Assembly: GCA_010909165.1 (NCBI GenBank)
Contig: MU008167.1
Span: 1,550,001-1,614,000 of the forward strand
Reading direction: 5' to 3'
Source: Anthoceros angustus
Lineage: Eukaryota > Plantae > Anthocerotophyta
DNA length: 64,000 bases
Notes under the pieces: model-generated
What the model was told of the DNA's origin: nothing
Databases searched by the model: none
What the model saw: the letters and a program-made list of their open reading frames with translations, nothing else
Translations under genes and position numbers: made by a program
Part shown: piece by piece, positions 11,901 through 24,665 of the stretch
Layout of the letters: each line of letters begins with the position of its first letter
Position numbering within the stretch: position 1 is the stretch's first letter

Positions 11901-12515
11901 TGCATGCATCATTTGTGCTACCCAAGGACCCTCTTAAAACCTGTCCGTTTCTGAAACTTTGTGTAATTGTGTTCACTCACTTTGTGACTACTTGCAAGAC
12001 TGATGAATGCCTAGCACTTTTTTTTCCGTGAATTTTTGGTTGATTTTAAAAAATAAAGGTGATAAACAAGGACAGAAGAATGAGTTATAATCTCTCATGG
12101 AAACCCAACAACCTAAACAAGAAATCTAGGCCAGCGGCAAAATTGGCGATGGAAGGTTTTGTCATCCGCGAACACTACATGTTCTGAAGAGAGTGATTTG
12201 TCGCCAGATCCTCCCCTCCATCGAGGTCAAGGGTTTGGTGATCAAATCATTGTCAAGAAACTGTTGAATTTGCACATAAGTCGTTGTAGCCAGAGGATGA
12301 CCTCCAATATCTTGCAAGTAGAGATTTTCATTCCAGAGAAGAAGCATTACCGGGTGCTGACTCTCTACATTGCGGGACTTTCCATTTCAACACACCTCAA
12401 CACTGTACAAGACAAAGAGATTGAAACATCTGATGGATACAAAAGATCATATCTTACGACTTGTCTCTAAAAGGATTAACATGTGACTATATGTATTAGG
12501 GAACGGATGCACAAA

Positions 12516-12579
12516 GGGGCATCACGGCCGAGAATGGTCGAGGCCGTTAGGTCGAGACCATTCTAGGCCGTGACGCCCC
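12516..12579. repeat. 64-bp GC-rich inverted repeat (24-bp arms, 16-nt loop); second copy at ~20248-20302
   Basis: GGGGCATCACGGCCGAGAATGGTC pairs with GACCATTCTAGGCCGTGACGCCCC (22/24). Confidence 0.85.
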
Positions 12580-12722
12580 GAGTCTTTCATTCAAATTCAA
12601 AATGATGACAAGGTTAAGTTATTATATGATTTTGTCCTTATATTTCTTTTGGAGTTGGTCTGATTCTTTGCTTTTGGCATATTTCGAACCCATCGACTAA
12701 AGATGCAATTTCAACCACCAGT

Positions 12723-13060
12723 ATGGGAAGTCTTACAATTCCACATTTCAATATTGATAATGCATTGGCCTCGAAATGTGCCATTGTGCCAAGTGATTGT
12801 GATGAGACGTCTGAAGTGCAACAGGATAGAAATGTGGTCATATTATCTCTGGATGTGGTATTGCAAAATGAGATTGGCAATGGCAATTCAAGCAGTTTTG
12901 AGCAGCGTCTTGCTGATATCTCGCGAGAACGGAAGTTAGAGTGTAATAGACAAAAACAGGAAAGAGAGTTGCAACGGCAAAAAGATATAGAGGCACTGAT
13001 TGAGAGGCAAAGGCGTAAAGCTGTTGAACTACGAGTGTCCAAACAAACAGCAAAAGCTCT
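12723..13060 (+). pseudogene. 5' part of a coiled-coil ORF of unknown function, interrupted by the CACTA insertion
   Basis: ...FEQRLADISRERKLECNRQKQERELQRQKDIEALIERQRRKAVELRVSKQTAKAL, continues in frame at 48228 once the element and one TSD copy are removed. Confidence 0.6.
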
Positions 13061-13129
13061 CACTACTAGGAAACCATGCCCTTTGCTAACGTCTGTTTTT
13101 TAGAGAGATGAGAGAGCGGAGCACCTGTT

Positions 13130-13480
13130 CGTTTTACTACAGGGCTTTATTTGCCGAATTATTCTCCTGAAGTATACAACTAGACTTTACAACATGGGTT
13201 GCGGTGTTTTACTACGGTTGGGTTTCGCCGCGACTCAATCGATTACGTGGCGTGGGCGAAAGTCTCTTAATACGAAGGCAATTTTGGATCACAACAAGAT
13301 AGAAAACTTTACTACGCAAGTATGGAATTTACTACCTAGAGTTTTACTGGTGGGTTAGTTTTTTCAGGTTTAGAAGTGTTTTACAGTGAAAGTTTACCTT
13401 TTCCTAAGACTCTTATTTACTATCCAGCTATATTTTTTTACTACATGCGTGGATTTACAACGGGCTGTCTTTTACTAAGT
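13130..13480. repeat. CACTA 5' subterminal repeats (TTTTACTAC-type motifs)
   Basis: Multiple dispersed (t)tttactac copies just inside the left TIR. Confidence 0.8.
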
Positions 13481-16400
13481 TATCAAAAGCATTACAAAGA
13501 TGGCTTTTTGAATTTTTAGGTTGCCACAAACCCTAATTTGCACACCCTATATATGCTCACACTAATGGGGTTTGGGCCAAAACGCGCCTTTATGGCATCC
13601 CATAGAAGGCGCATGGTCGTCGCTCATCCACCCATGTGAGTATCCCGGCCCACGAGCATCAATTCCAAAGATTGAATCTATCTCAAAGGCAACGGCCCAC
13701 TACCATGAACCGCATGCGGAACTCTGGAAACTCTGTTTCGGGGACAGCCTGAACAATTCTATGGGCGTCCTCTGCGCTCACGATGGTGTCGCGTGGGGTA
13801 GTTGACCGAACCGCCCATGCGTGATCAAAGGTGGCGCGGATGGTGGCCTCATCGGCAGCAGTATTCGGCCATCCATCTCGGAGATCTCGCCAGCGCCGCG
13901 CCATCGATGCTTAATATCACAACCACAAAACTTGGAAAACCCCGAAAAGCATTCACATATGGGACTAATGGCGATTAGGTTTTGGGGAGTCGCGATCGGG
14001 TTGGACAGGCGACACCAAGGCGCGGCCATGGTTAAAGACATGGCGAGGCATCGATGCCGGCTCATGGCGAGGCACAAGCATATCCCTCGGCTCATGGCCA
14101 TGGCATGCAAGTCCTCGCCCTCGCATATGGTCGCCCTTCCGCGCCTCAAAACAACCCCGTACACATGTAGATACGCAAGAGGTGCATCCATGCCAACCAG
14201 AATCAACAGCGAAAATTGTCGCCATGTGAAGGAAATTGGGACATGCTCACCGTAATTCGCTCCAAACTTTGAGTTCGCAGACGCCAATCAGAATCGCGTA
14301 AGCTTAACCTACACCCAACGATGCGGCGGGAGGCGGTGGCCCCTTCTTATGGCTTGGACCGCCAATGGCTCATCGCCACGTGTCTTGATTAGGCAGGCGT
14401 TTCAATGCTACATTGAGCGGCATGCCGACACGTGGTCTATGCACGCGCGTGCTTCTTAGAGAACTCGAGTGGTCAAATACACCGATCGTGGTCAAAGCTT
14501 CCAGACATACAATGGCTCCATTAAAAGAGTTTCCTTGATTGCCTTATAAGTGGATTTCCTTTCCTTGGGTCTCGGGGTTTCCATGGAATATCCCATTTTA
14601 CCATGGTCGATAGTATAGGTTATATTCTAGGATTACCGAGGCGAGGACAAGCGATAGGGTTCACAGGCCTCAAGCGTTGAAAACGCGAGCTGATCGATGC
14701 CCTTACCCATGGCCCGAGGACAAAAAATAATTAAGGTTCCTTGGCCTTGGCGCTGAGAACGCGACCGAGATCATGCCCTTTTCCATGGCTCAAGGACAAT
14801 ATAAAACTACATACGATAAATACAAGCAAACGGAATTCAAACGGCAAGAAAGCGGTGGATGTAGGGATGGTATCTGGCGAACTCACTGCGACCACGCTCC
14901 CGCCAAAACCCCAAAACCCTAAGCGGCAGCGAACCGCGGGCGGGTCTACTCGATTGATGTCGATTACGTTGGTAGAGATAACAGCCAGCTACAATTATGG
15001 TTATAAGGGCACTTGGCAAAACAAAGCAGGCGAGGGATTGAAGCCACATCACCCTCTTTTGGAGACTTTAGGACTTAGGGTAAGGATGCAAGTTTTATAG
15101 CGATCGCGTTCTTCTCCATTTCAAGCTTCAAGTATGGGCATGCCGTTCTTTCCATTGCTCTTGTTAATCACAACCAACCATGGGTCCAGATGCCAAAATC
15201 GCAGAAGATCGAGTTGCGCGCAGAGCGAACAAGGACACTCGATGGGCGGTGGCAGCTTGCCGGAGATCTTTGCTTTGGAGGCAAGCTGTGGAGGGATGAC
15301 CGGTGCGGACCCAAAGTTGGTTGCGCTTGACAAGAACACGGATGTGGCCAATTTACTCGGACCAACCCCAGAGATTAAAGGGCACTGGCGGAAGGTTAAA
15401 GAATCACGGAAGATGTCTATGTCTCAGAGGAACACGAGGATGTAGAGCTCACAAAGCGGGCTTCAAGGAGGCTGGGGTTTCGCGCGAACGGGCAATGGGA
15501 AAAAGGGATGCATCCCGGGTGTCCTTGATGGCGAGGTTTAGGTTGCGATGGCCATGGAAGAGCGTGGAGTAGCCAAGATGGCGCGAGCAAGCGTGGCCGT
15601 GGGTTCTCACATGTTCCAGTCGCGGCCCAAAAACCGGCCGCCACCGCTAAGGCAAAGGCCGCCGAGTGCTCGAGCTTGAATGATGATGTGGGGCGTGAGG
15701 CATGGTATGCGGACAAGGTTTCGATGAGGATGCCGTGGACGAGGAGCGTCCGCTGGGGAAGACGCCGAGTCCGATTCACATCGACGAAGAAGGGCGCCGC
15801 AAGTGAAGCAAACAAGCGGATCTATGCCCGGGCGTTACGGACGATGTCGATTTCACGTGCAGATGGGTTCGCCACGGAATCACAAGCAACACAACCGGTT
15901 TCGCGGATGCGACAGAGGTTACCCTCGGCAACCACGATGCCTTGATTGAGAATGATGGGGGCTGGAGACCGATGCTCCACCGAACTTTGAGAACGAAGCA
16001 CATGGCGCGAATGCCGTACTGCATACCCTAAAAACCAATCGAATTCATTCGCCATGTGAAGGCCGAACCACGAGAACCCCGTCAAGATGCATCTGAGCCT
16101 ACCAATTCTAATAAAGTTGAATGCTGAATATCCGGATGCGGTGGCTTCATTGGGGAATGCCGCAATGTGGAGGAAAATGTGGACACCCTTCCAATCGAAT
16201 GTCGTGATGTAGAAGAATGCATACACCATTCCACCAATGCCGCGATGTGGAGGTGAAGGGAAAGAGAGGCCCAAAGCGGAAGAGGGTTCACGATATTCGT
16301 CACGGCTTCCTTCACATCTGCACTTTGGTAAGCACGCTAGTTTGTAGCTCTTGTTATGGTTTTATTGTAAGAGAATGGTGGCCGTGCGTGGAATTAAATT

Positions 16401-17214
16401 TCATCCCGTTTCACGCCTTGTCGCTTCAAGCCTTGTCGTTTAAGCCTCAGCTTGTGCGAAATACCATGATAATGCCACGCTCACGACCATCAAACCCGTT
16501 AACGTTGTCATTGTGCTAAGCTTTGTTTGAAGACCGAATTAGGCCGATTAAACTCTAACTTTACCGTGTCATAGTACTAATCTTGCTGCAACTCCTCGTG
16601 TTTTTCGTGGTTTTATATACCAAGAGAGTCCCTCATTCATACCCATGAAGGATGAGTCCATTTTGCGGTCCGGTACATATGCAATCCACTCATATATCCC
16701 TTTTGAAACAAACAGGCGCCACCCCCTTCATGTTGAGGCGTGTATCGTGCAAACTATGACTGGGCCATGGGAGTTTCAGCCTATTGTCTTGCGCTTTTGA
16801 GCACTAATTTGAAGTATTGGAGGAACAATGTTAGAAAGGAGGCCGTTATTTTTGCGGGGAAGAAGTCTAACCCCGATGTCCCGAAGGTGTGAAGCAAGAG
16901 TATTGGGATGTGTTTTTGAAGGAGGAGCAAGACAAGATAAGCGGAGTTGTGGCCCCTACAAGAAAACCGGGCGCCATGAGCGGGATGAAGGAGGTAGGAA
17001 GCAATACATATTCTTGCTTTGGATATGGTGGTCGGGGTTTCTGCAGAGGTTTAGAGCAAAGTATGAGGGAACCAAGGCCGGATGAGATAAAGGTGAGGTA
17101 GCAATCATGGGTCTTGGCTGTCGAGAGTGTTTTGGAGGGAGTCCAAAACCGATGCCGAGTTGGGTCCGCAGTTAGCAAATGGGAGAATGAGAAGGCTATT
17201 GTGGTGTGGGACAT

Positions 17215-17432
17215 TGTAAACGATCTAGTCTCTCAAACCCCTCATAAAATGTGCCCAAGTGAATTTTTTGTTTTTTAGTCGAGTGTGAAAATAAGTCGAG
17301 ACGGTAGTTGGGGATATTCATAGTAAAATGTCCTTGGCCTATGGAGTTCTTTTTGTTTTATTGCCTAGGTTAGAAATAAATGGTCCGGAATTTGGTGTTC
17401 CTTGGCCCATGGACTCGGAATGTTCCTAAAAA
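17215..17432 (+). mobile_element. Truncated start of the Gypsy LTR (218 bp) at a duplicated insertion site
   Basis: gacat|TGTAAACGATCTAGTC... matches the LTR at 24666; ends at CCTAAAAA where the sequence switches to a copy of 16027 onward. Confidence 0.85.
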
Positions 17433-18110
17433 CCAACGTATTGGCGAATTTCGCCATGTGAAGGCGAACCACGAGAACCTCGCTGCATCTGAGAGCCTGC
17501 CAATTCTAACAGTTGAATGCTGAATATCCGGATGCGGTGGCTTCATTGGGGAATGCCGCAATGTGGAGGAAAATGTGGACACCCTTCCAACGAATGTCGT
17601 GATGTAGAAGGCGATGCGGACACCATTCCACCAATGCCGCGATGTGGAGGTGAAGGGAAAGAGAGGCCCAAAGCGGAAGAGGGTTCACGATATCGTCACT
17701 TCCTTCACATTCTGCACCCTTTGGTAAGCACGCTAGTTTGTAGCTCTTGTTATGGTTTTATTAGAGAGATGGTGGCGTGTGTGGAATTAAATTTCATCCC
17801 GTTTCACGCCCTTTGTTTCAAGCCTTCTGTTTCAAGCCTTTTTGTTTAAACGACCATGATACCACCACGTTCGACCATCAAACTAACGTTGTCATTGCTA
17901 AGCTTTGTTTGAAGAGATTAGGGATTAAACTCTAACTTTGTTGGTGTCATAGTACTAATCTTGCAACTCCTCGTGTTTTCGGGGTTTATATACCAAGAGA
18001 GTCCCTCATTCATACCCATGAAGGAGTCCATTTTGCGGTCCGGTACATATGCAATCCACTCATATATCCCTTTTGAAACAAACAGGCGCCACCAGACTTC
18101 ATGTTGAGGC

Positions 18111-18557
18111 GTGTATCGTGCAAACTATGGTGGGCCATGGGAGTTTCAGCCTATTGTCTTGCAGTTTTTGAGCACTAATTTGAAGTATTGGAGGAACAAT
18201 GTTAGAAAGGAGGCCCGTTATTTTTTGCAGGGGAAGAAGTCTAACCCCCAGTATGTCCCGAAAGGTGTGAAGCAAGAGTATTGGGATGTGTTTTTGAAGG
18301 AGGAGCAAGACAAGATAAGCGGAGTTGTGGCCCCTAGTCAGCAAAAACTGGCTGCCATGAGCAGGATGAAGGAGGTAGGAAGCAATACATATTCTTGCTT
18401 TGGATATGGTGGTCAGAAGGGGTTTCTGCAGAGGTTTAGAGCAAAGTACAGTAGGGAACCAAGCCTGGATGAGATAAAGGCTGTAGGTAGCAATCATGGG
18501 TCTTGGCTTTCGAAGCTGAGAGTGTTTTGGAGGGAGTCCAAAACCGGACAGAGTTAG
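18111..18557 (+). pseudogene. CACTA TnpA-like (Ptta/En/Spm transposase_24-like) coding segment; best-preserved of three copies (others ~16750-17214 and ~24200-24665); C-terminal continuation at 47226-47390
   Basis: WEFQPIVLQFLSTNLKYWRNNVRKEARYFLQGKKSNPQYVPKGVKQEYWDVFLKEEQDK...SCFGYGGQKGFLQRFRAKYSREPSLDEIK resembles the P.v..e.W...G.gG...g.ePs pattern; empty-site join reads EKAIVVWD|MLKEAGYLTDECDGKIMEAIMKL. Confidence 0.6.
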
Positions 18558-18611
18558 GTCCATGAGTTGGGGCAAATGGGAGAAGGAGAAGGCTATTGTG
18601 GTGTGGGACAT

Positions 18612-20070
18612 TGTAAGCGATCTAGTCTCTAAACCCTGTTGTGCCTTACAGAGTGAATTTTTTGTTTTTGGTGAGTGGTGTGAAAATAAGTCGATTAGTT
18701 GGGGATATTCATAGTAAAATGTCCTTGGCCTATGGAGTTCTTTTTGTTTTATTGCCTAGGTTAGGAAAATAAATGGTCCGGAATTTGGTGTTCCTTGGCC
18801 CATGGACTCGGAATGTTCCCTAAAAGTCTATATATGTGAGATAGGGGGTTTGGAATAATTAGAGTCTATAAGTTGGGGTCGACAACGGCGGTAGCCGAAT
18901 GAGTGTGAGGTTGTGGATTGGGATGAAAGCCGAGAGGTTTAACAGAGTAGGGGAACCGGGAAACTTAACCCTAGGAAATGATGTAATCCCGCTCAAACAA
19001 CGGAGCGCAACGGCGGCCGGACGGAGCGAGCGGCGGAGCGCGACGACGCTGAAGCGCACGTCGAGGAGCCGTGGTCCGGGGCACCGTGATCCAGGAGGGC
19101 GAGGCGCAACGACGGGGAAGAGCTCCGAACCCCGCCGACATCGCGAGGCGCGACGCAGGAGGAGGAGGCGCGACGCCGCGCCTCCGAGGAGGTAGGAACC
19201 GAGACCGACCTCCGTGAAATTCGCAGAGGTGGCGTTGGTTGTGGCGCGAGACCAGAAGACCGTGAGAGGATGGCGCCAAGGTCACCACCAAAATTGTGCC
19301 CAATGGCCGAACATGGATCATTGGAAAGTTCTGAGGGAGTGAAGGAGGCTGAGCTGGGTTTCATGGAAGAGCGGTGGAATTACATGAAACAGGGCCGGGA
19401 GTGTGCGTCACACAGAAGGACAAAGGCGGGGGATTTAGAAGCCAGGATTGGGACACAGGTGGTTAGAAGGGTGTATGGGCGGCAAGGAGGAGGCGGCGGT
19501 TGGTGATGGAGCTCAGAAAAGAAGCACTGCCCAGTTAAAGCGGGCGTGGTCGAACCCAACGGGTGGTTGGAGGGATTTGGTGATTGATGGGTCAGCGGTG
19601 GCTCCTATGTTTCCTGCAAGAAGCGGGATTATTTGTCGACCACTTGTTCCTTCATGAAGTGGTCAAGGGGCGAAGATCGATTGAAGAGTTGAATTCTCTT
19701 GACAAGTTGTGTGAAGAGAGGTGGAGATTGTAGCCTCCCTCCACATGTGGGCCGGTTAGGGAGGTGAAATGGAAGGCGGAGGAGCCCAAGGAGGAAAAAT
19801 CGGATAGGAGTCGGTGGCGGCAGGCGATTCGGAGGAGGAGAAGGAAATTCCCACCGGAAAAGGAGGAAGACCGGGGTGAAAGGCATCGGGCGAAAGGTGA
19901 AGGCGGATCGCGTCACCGGTCAGCAGGCGCTTCTGAAAGCCAAGCGGGTTGGAGGTGGCAGAGGAGGCGCGATCCGAGGACAATTTTCGACTGGATGCGG
20001 ATGATGAATCAACTCCGGAGGGTTTAGGGGCGACCTCGAGGCGGACCCTCCTCATGGGAAGAGATTTTCA
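18612..20070 (+). mobile_element. Partial Gypsy LTR (first ~1.46 kb) at a second duplicated insertion site
   Basis: gacat|TGTAAGCGATCTAGTC... collinear with 24666-26179; ends at AGAGATTTTCA where it switches to a copy of 12320 onward. Confidence 0.85.
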
Positions 20071-20781
20071 TTCCAGAAGAAGCATTAAGGTCCGACTCTC
20101 ACATTGGACTTTCCATTTCAACACACCTCAACCTTTGTACAAGACAAAGAGATTGAAACATCGATGGATACAAAGATCATATCTACGACTTGTCTCTAAA
20201 AGGATTAACATGTGACTATATGTATTAGGGAACGGATGCAAAGAGCATCACGGTAGAGAATGGTCGAGGCCGTTAGGTCGACCATTCTAGGCCGTGACGC
20301 CCGAGTCTTTCATTCAAATTCAAAATGATGACAAGGTTAAGTTATTATATGATTTTGTCCTTATATTTCTTTTGAGTTAGTCCGATTCTTTGCTTTTGGC
20401 ATATTTCGAACCCATCGACTAAAGATGCAATTTCAACCACCAGTATGGGAAGTCTTACAATTCCACATTTCAATATTGATAATGCATTGGCCCCTCAGTT
20501 GCAGGCCATTGTGCCAAGTGATTGTGATGAGACGTCTGAAGTGCAACAGGATAGAAATGTGGTCATATTATCTCTGGATGTGGTATTGCAAAATGAGATT
20601 GGTGATCAAATCATTGTCAAGAAACGTTGAATTTGCACATAAGTCACAGCGGAGGATGACCTCCAATATCTTGCAAGTAGAGATTTTCAAGGGACTCCAG
20701 CAGAGGTGGATGCAACCAATTGGTGAGGTGCGCACCGGGAGGAAAGTTCTCGACGGAGGATGGCGTCGGGCGTGGGGCCGC

Positions 20782-23700
20782 CACAACAAGATAGAAAACT
20801 TTACTACGCAAGTATGGAATTTACTACCCGAGTTTTACCGGTGGGTTAGTTTTTCGTGTTTAGAAGTGTTTCTGGAAAGTTTACCTTTTCCTAAGACTCT
20901 TATTTACTATCCAGCTATATTTTTTACTACATGCCCGGATTTACAACGGGTCTTTTACTAAGTTATCAAAAGCATTACAAGATGGCTTTTTGCGAATTTT
21001 TAGGTTGCCACAAACCCTAATTTGCACACCCTATATATGCTCACACTAATGGGGTTTACAAACGCGCCTTTATGGCATCCCATAGAAGGCGCATGGTATG
21101 TCGCCGTCATCCACCCATGTGAGTATCCCGGCCCACGGCATGCATCAATTCCAAAAGATTGAATCTATCTCCGAAAGGCAACGCCCACTACCATGAACCG
21201 CATGCGAACTCGAAACTCGTTTGGGACAGCTGAACAATTCTATGGGCGTCCTCTGCGCTCACGATGTGTCGCGCGGGGGTAGTTGACCGAACCGCCCATG
21301 CGTGATCAAAAGGGCGCGGATGGTGGCCTCGACCGCAAAGGTATTCCGCCATCCATCTCCGGAGATCTCGCTCAGCGCCGCCATCGATGCTTGTTAATCA
21401 CAACCACAAAACCGAAAACCCCGAAAAGCATTCACATATGTCGACTAATGGCGATTAGGTTTTGGGGAGTCGCGATCGGGTTGCGACATGTGCGACCAAG
21501 GCGCGCCATGGTTAAAGACATGGCGAGATGTGCCGCGGCTCATGGCCGAGGCACAAGCATATCCCTCGGCTCATGGCCATGGCGCGCAAGTCCCTCGATA
21601 TGGTCGCCCGCCGCCTCAAAACAACCCCGTACACATGTAGATACGCAAGAGGGTGCATCCATGCCAACCAATCAATAAGCAAAATTGTCGCCATGTGAAG
21701 GGAAATTGGGACATGCTCACCGTAATTCGCTCCAAAACTTGAGTTCGCACGCCAATCAGAATCGCCCCGTGGCTTAACTTACACCCAACGATGCGAAGGG
21801 GAGGCGGTGGCCCTTCTTATGGCTTGGACCGCCAATGGCTCATCGCCACGTTCGCTAGACAGCGTTCAATGCTACATTGAACGCATGCCGACACGTGGTC
21901 TATGCAGCGTGCTTCTTAGAGAACTCGAGTGGTCAAATACACCGAGTGGTCAAAGCTTCACACGCATACACAATGGCTCCATTAAAAGAGTTTCCTTGAT
22001 GCCTTATAAGTTTGGATTTCCTTTCCTTGGGTCTCGGGGTTTCCATGGAATATCCCATTTTACCATGGTCGATAGTATAGGTTATATTCTAGGATTACCG
22101 AGGCCCGAGGACAAGCATAGGGTTCCGGCCTCAAGCGTTGAAAGCAGCGAGGCGCGATGCCTTACCCATGGCCCGAGGACAAAAAATAATTAAGGTTCCT
22201 TGGCCTTGCTGAGAACGGCGACCAGATCAAGGTCTTTCCCATGGCTCAAGGACAATATAAAACTACATACGATAAATACAAGCAAACGGAATTCAAACGG
22301 CAAGAAAGCGGTGGATGTAGGGATGGTATCCGCGAACTCACTGCGACCACGCTTCCCGCCAAAACCCCAAAACCCTAAACGGCAGCGAACCGCCGGGCGG
22401 GTCTACTCTTGATGTCGACACGTTGGTAGAGATAATGTGCCAGCTACAATTGGGGTTACTGAGGGCACTTGGCGCATAAACGCAGACGAGGGATTGAAGC
22501 CACATCAGCCCTCTTTTGGAGACTTTAGGACTTAGGGTAAGGATGCAAGTTTTATAGCGATGCGTTCTTCCATTTCAAGCTTCAAGTATGGGCATGCCGT
22601 TCTTTCCATTGCTCTTGTTAATCACAACCAACCATGGGTCCAGATGCCAAAATCGCAGAAGATCGAAAGGCGCGCAGAGAACAAGGACACTCGGCGGCTG
22701 GCGACGGTGGCAATGGTTGCCGGAGATGCCGCCGTGGAGGCAACGTGGAGGGATGACCGTCCGGACCCAAAGTTGGTTGCGCTTGACAAGAACTCGGATG
22801 TGGCCAATTTACTCGGACCAACCCCGAGATTAAAGGGCACTGGCGGAAGGTTAAAGAATCACGGAAGATGTCTATGTCTCAGGGGAACATGAGGATGTAG
22901 AGCTCACAAAGAAACGGGCTTCGAGGCTCGGGTTTCTGGCGCGAACGGGCAATGGAAAAAGAAAAGGATGCATCCCACGGTGTCCTTGATGGCGTGTTTA
23001 GGTTGCGGCGGCCATGGAAGAGCGTGGAGTAGCCAAGATGGCGCGAGCAAGCGTGGCCGTGGGTTCTCACATGTTGTTCAGTCGCGCGCCCAAAACCCGT
23101 GGCCGCCACCGCTAAGGCAAAGGCCGCCAGTGCTCGAGCTTGAATGATGATGTGGGGCGGAGGCATGGTATGCGGACAAGGTTTCGATGAGGATGCCGTG
23201 GACGAGGAGCGCCCGCTTCGAGGAAGACGCCGAGTCCGATTCACATCGACGAAGAAGGCGCCGCAGTGAAGCAACAAGCCGGATCTATGCCCCGGGCGTT
23301 ACGATGTCCGATTTCACGTGCGCAATGGGTTGGGCTTTAATCAAGCAACACAACTGCCCGCAGATGCGACAGAGGTTACCTCGGCAACCACGATGCCTTG
23401 ATTGAGAATGATGGGGGCTGGAGACCGATGCTCCACCGAACTTTGAGAACGGCACATGGCGCAGAATGCCGTGTACCGCATAAACCCTAAAAACCAATCG
23501 TGTGGGCGAATTTCGCTCGCCATGTGAAGGTCAGAACCACGAGAACCTCATCAAGATGAGCCTCCAATTCTAACAAAAGTTGAATGCTGAATATCCGGAT
23601 GCAGTGTGGCTTCATTGGGGAATGCCGCAATGTGGAGGAAAATGTGGACACCTTCCAATCGAATGTCGTGATGTAGAAGAATGCATACCATTCCACCAAT

Positions 23701-24665
23701 GCCGCGATGTGGAGGTGAAGGGAAGAGAGGCCCAAAGCGGAAGAGGGTTCACGATATCTGCCACGTGCTTCCTTCACATCTCGCACCTTTGGTAAGCACG
23801 CTAGTTTGTAGCTCTTATGGTTTTATTGTAAGATCGTAATGGTGGCCGTGTGTGGAATTAAATTTCATCCCCATTTCACGCCTTGTCGCTTTCAAGCCTT
23901 GTTGTTTCAAGCTGCCGCTTGTCAGCCCATGATAATGCGCACGCTCACACCATCAAACTGTTAACGTTGTCATTGTGCTAAGCCCGCTTGAAGACGAATT
24001 AGGCCGATTAAACTCTAACTTTACCGTGTCATAGTACTAATCTTGCTGCAACTCCTCGTGTTTTTCGTGGTTTATATACCAAGAGAGTCCTCATTCATAC
24101 CCATGAAGGATGTAGTCCATTTTATGTCCTACATATGCAATCCACTCATATATCCTTTGAAACAAACACGCCACCCGCCTTCATGTTGAGACGTATCGTG
24201 CAAACTATGACGGGCCATGGGAGTTTCAGCCTATTGTCTTGCGCTTTTGAGCACTAATTTGAAGTATTGGAGGAACAATGTTAGAAAGGAGGCCGTTATT
24301 TTTGCGGGGAAGAAGTCTAACCCCAAGATGTCCCGAAAGGTGTGAAGCAAGAGTATTGGGATGTGTTTTGAAGGAGGAGCAAGACAAGATAAGCGAGTTG
24401 TGGCCCTAGTCAAGAAAACCGGCCGCCATGAGGTGATGAAGGAGGTAGGAAGCAATACATATTCTTGCTTTGGATATGGTGGTCAAGGGGTTTCGCAGGT
24501 TTAGAGCAAAGCATGAGGGAACCAAGCTGGATGAGATAAAGGTCGAGGTAGCAATCATGGGTCTTGGCTGCGAGAGTGTTTTGAGGAGTCCAAAACCGAC
24601 AGTTGAGGTCAGTCCGCAGTTGGGGCAAATGGGGAGAATGAGAAGGCTATTGTGGTGTGGGACAT
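20782..24665 (+). repeat. Second copy of CACTA 5' internal region (copy of 13290-17214)
   Basis: Collinear with 13290-17214 but with dense small indels; begins at shared 9-mer CACAACAAG. Confidence 0.9.
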
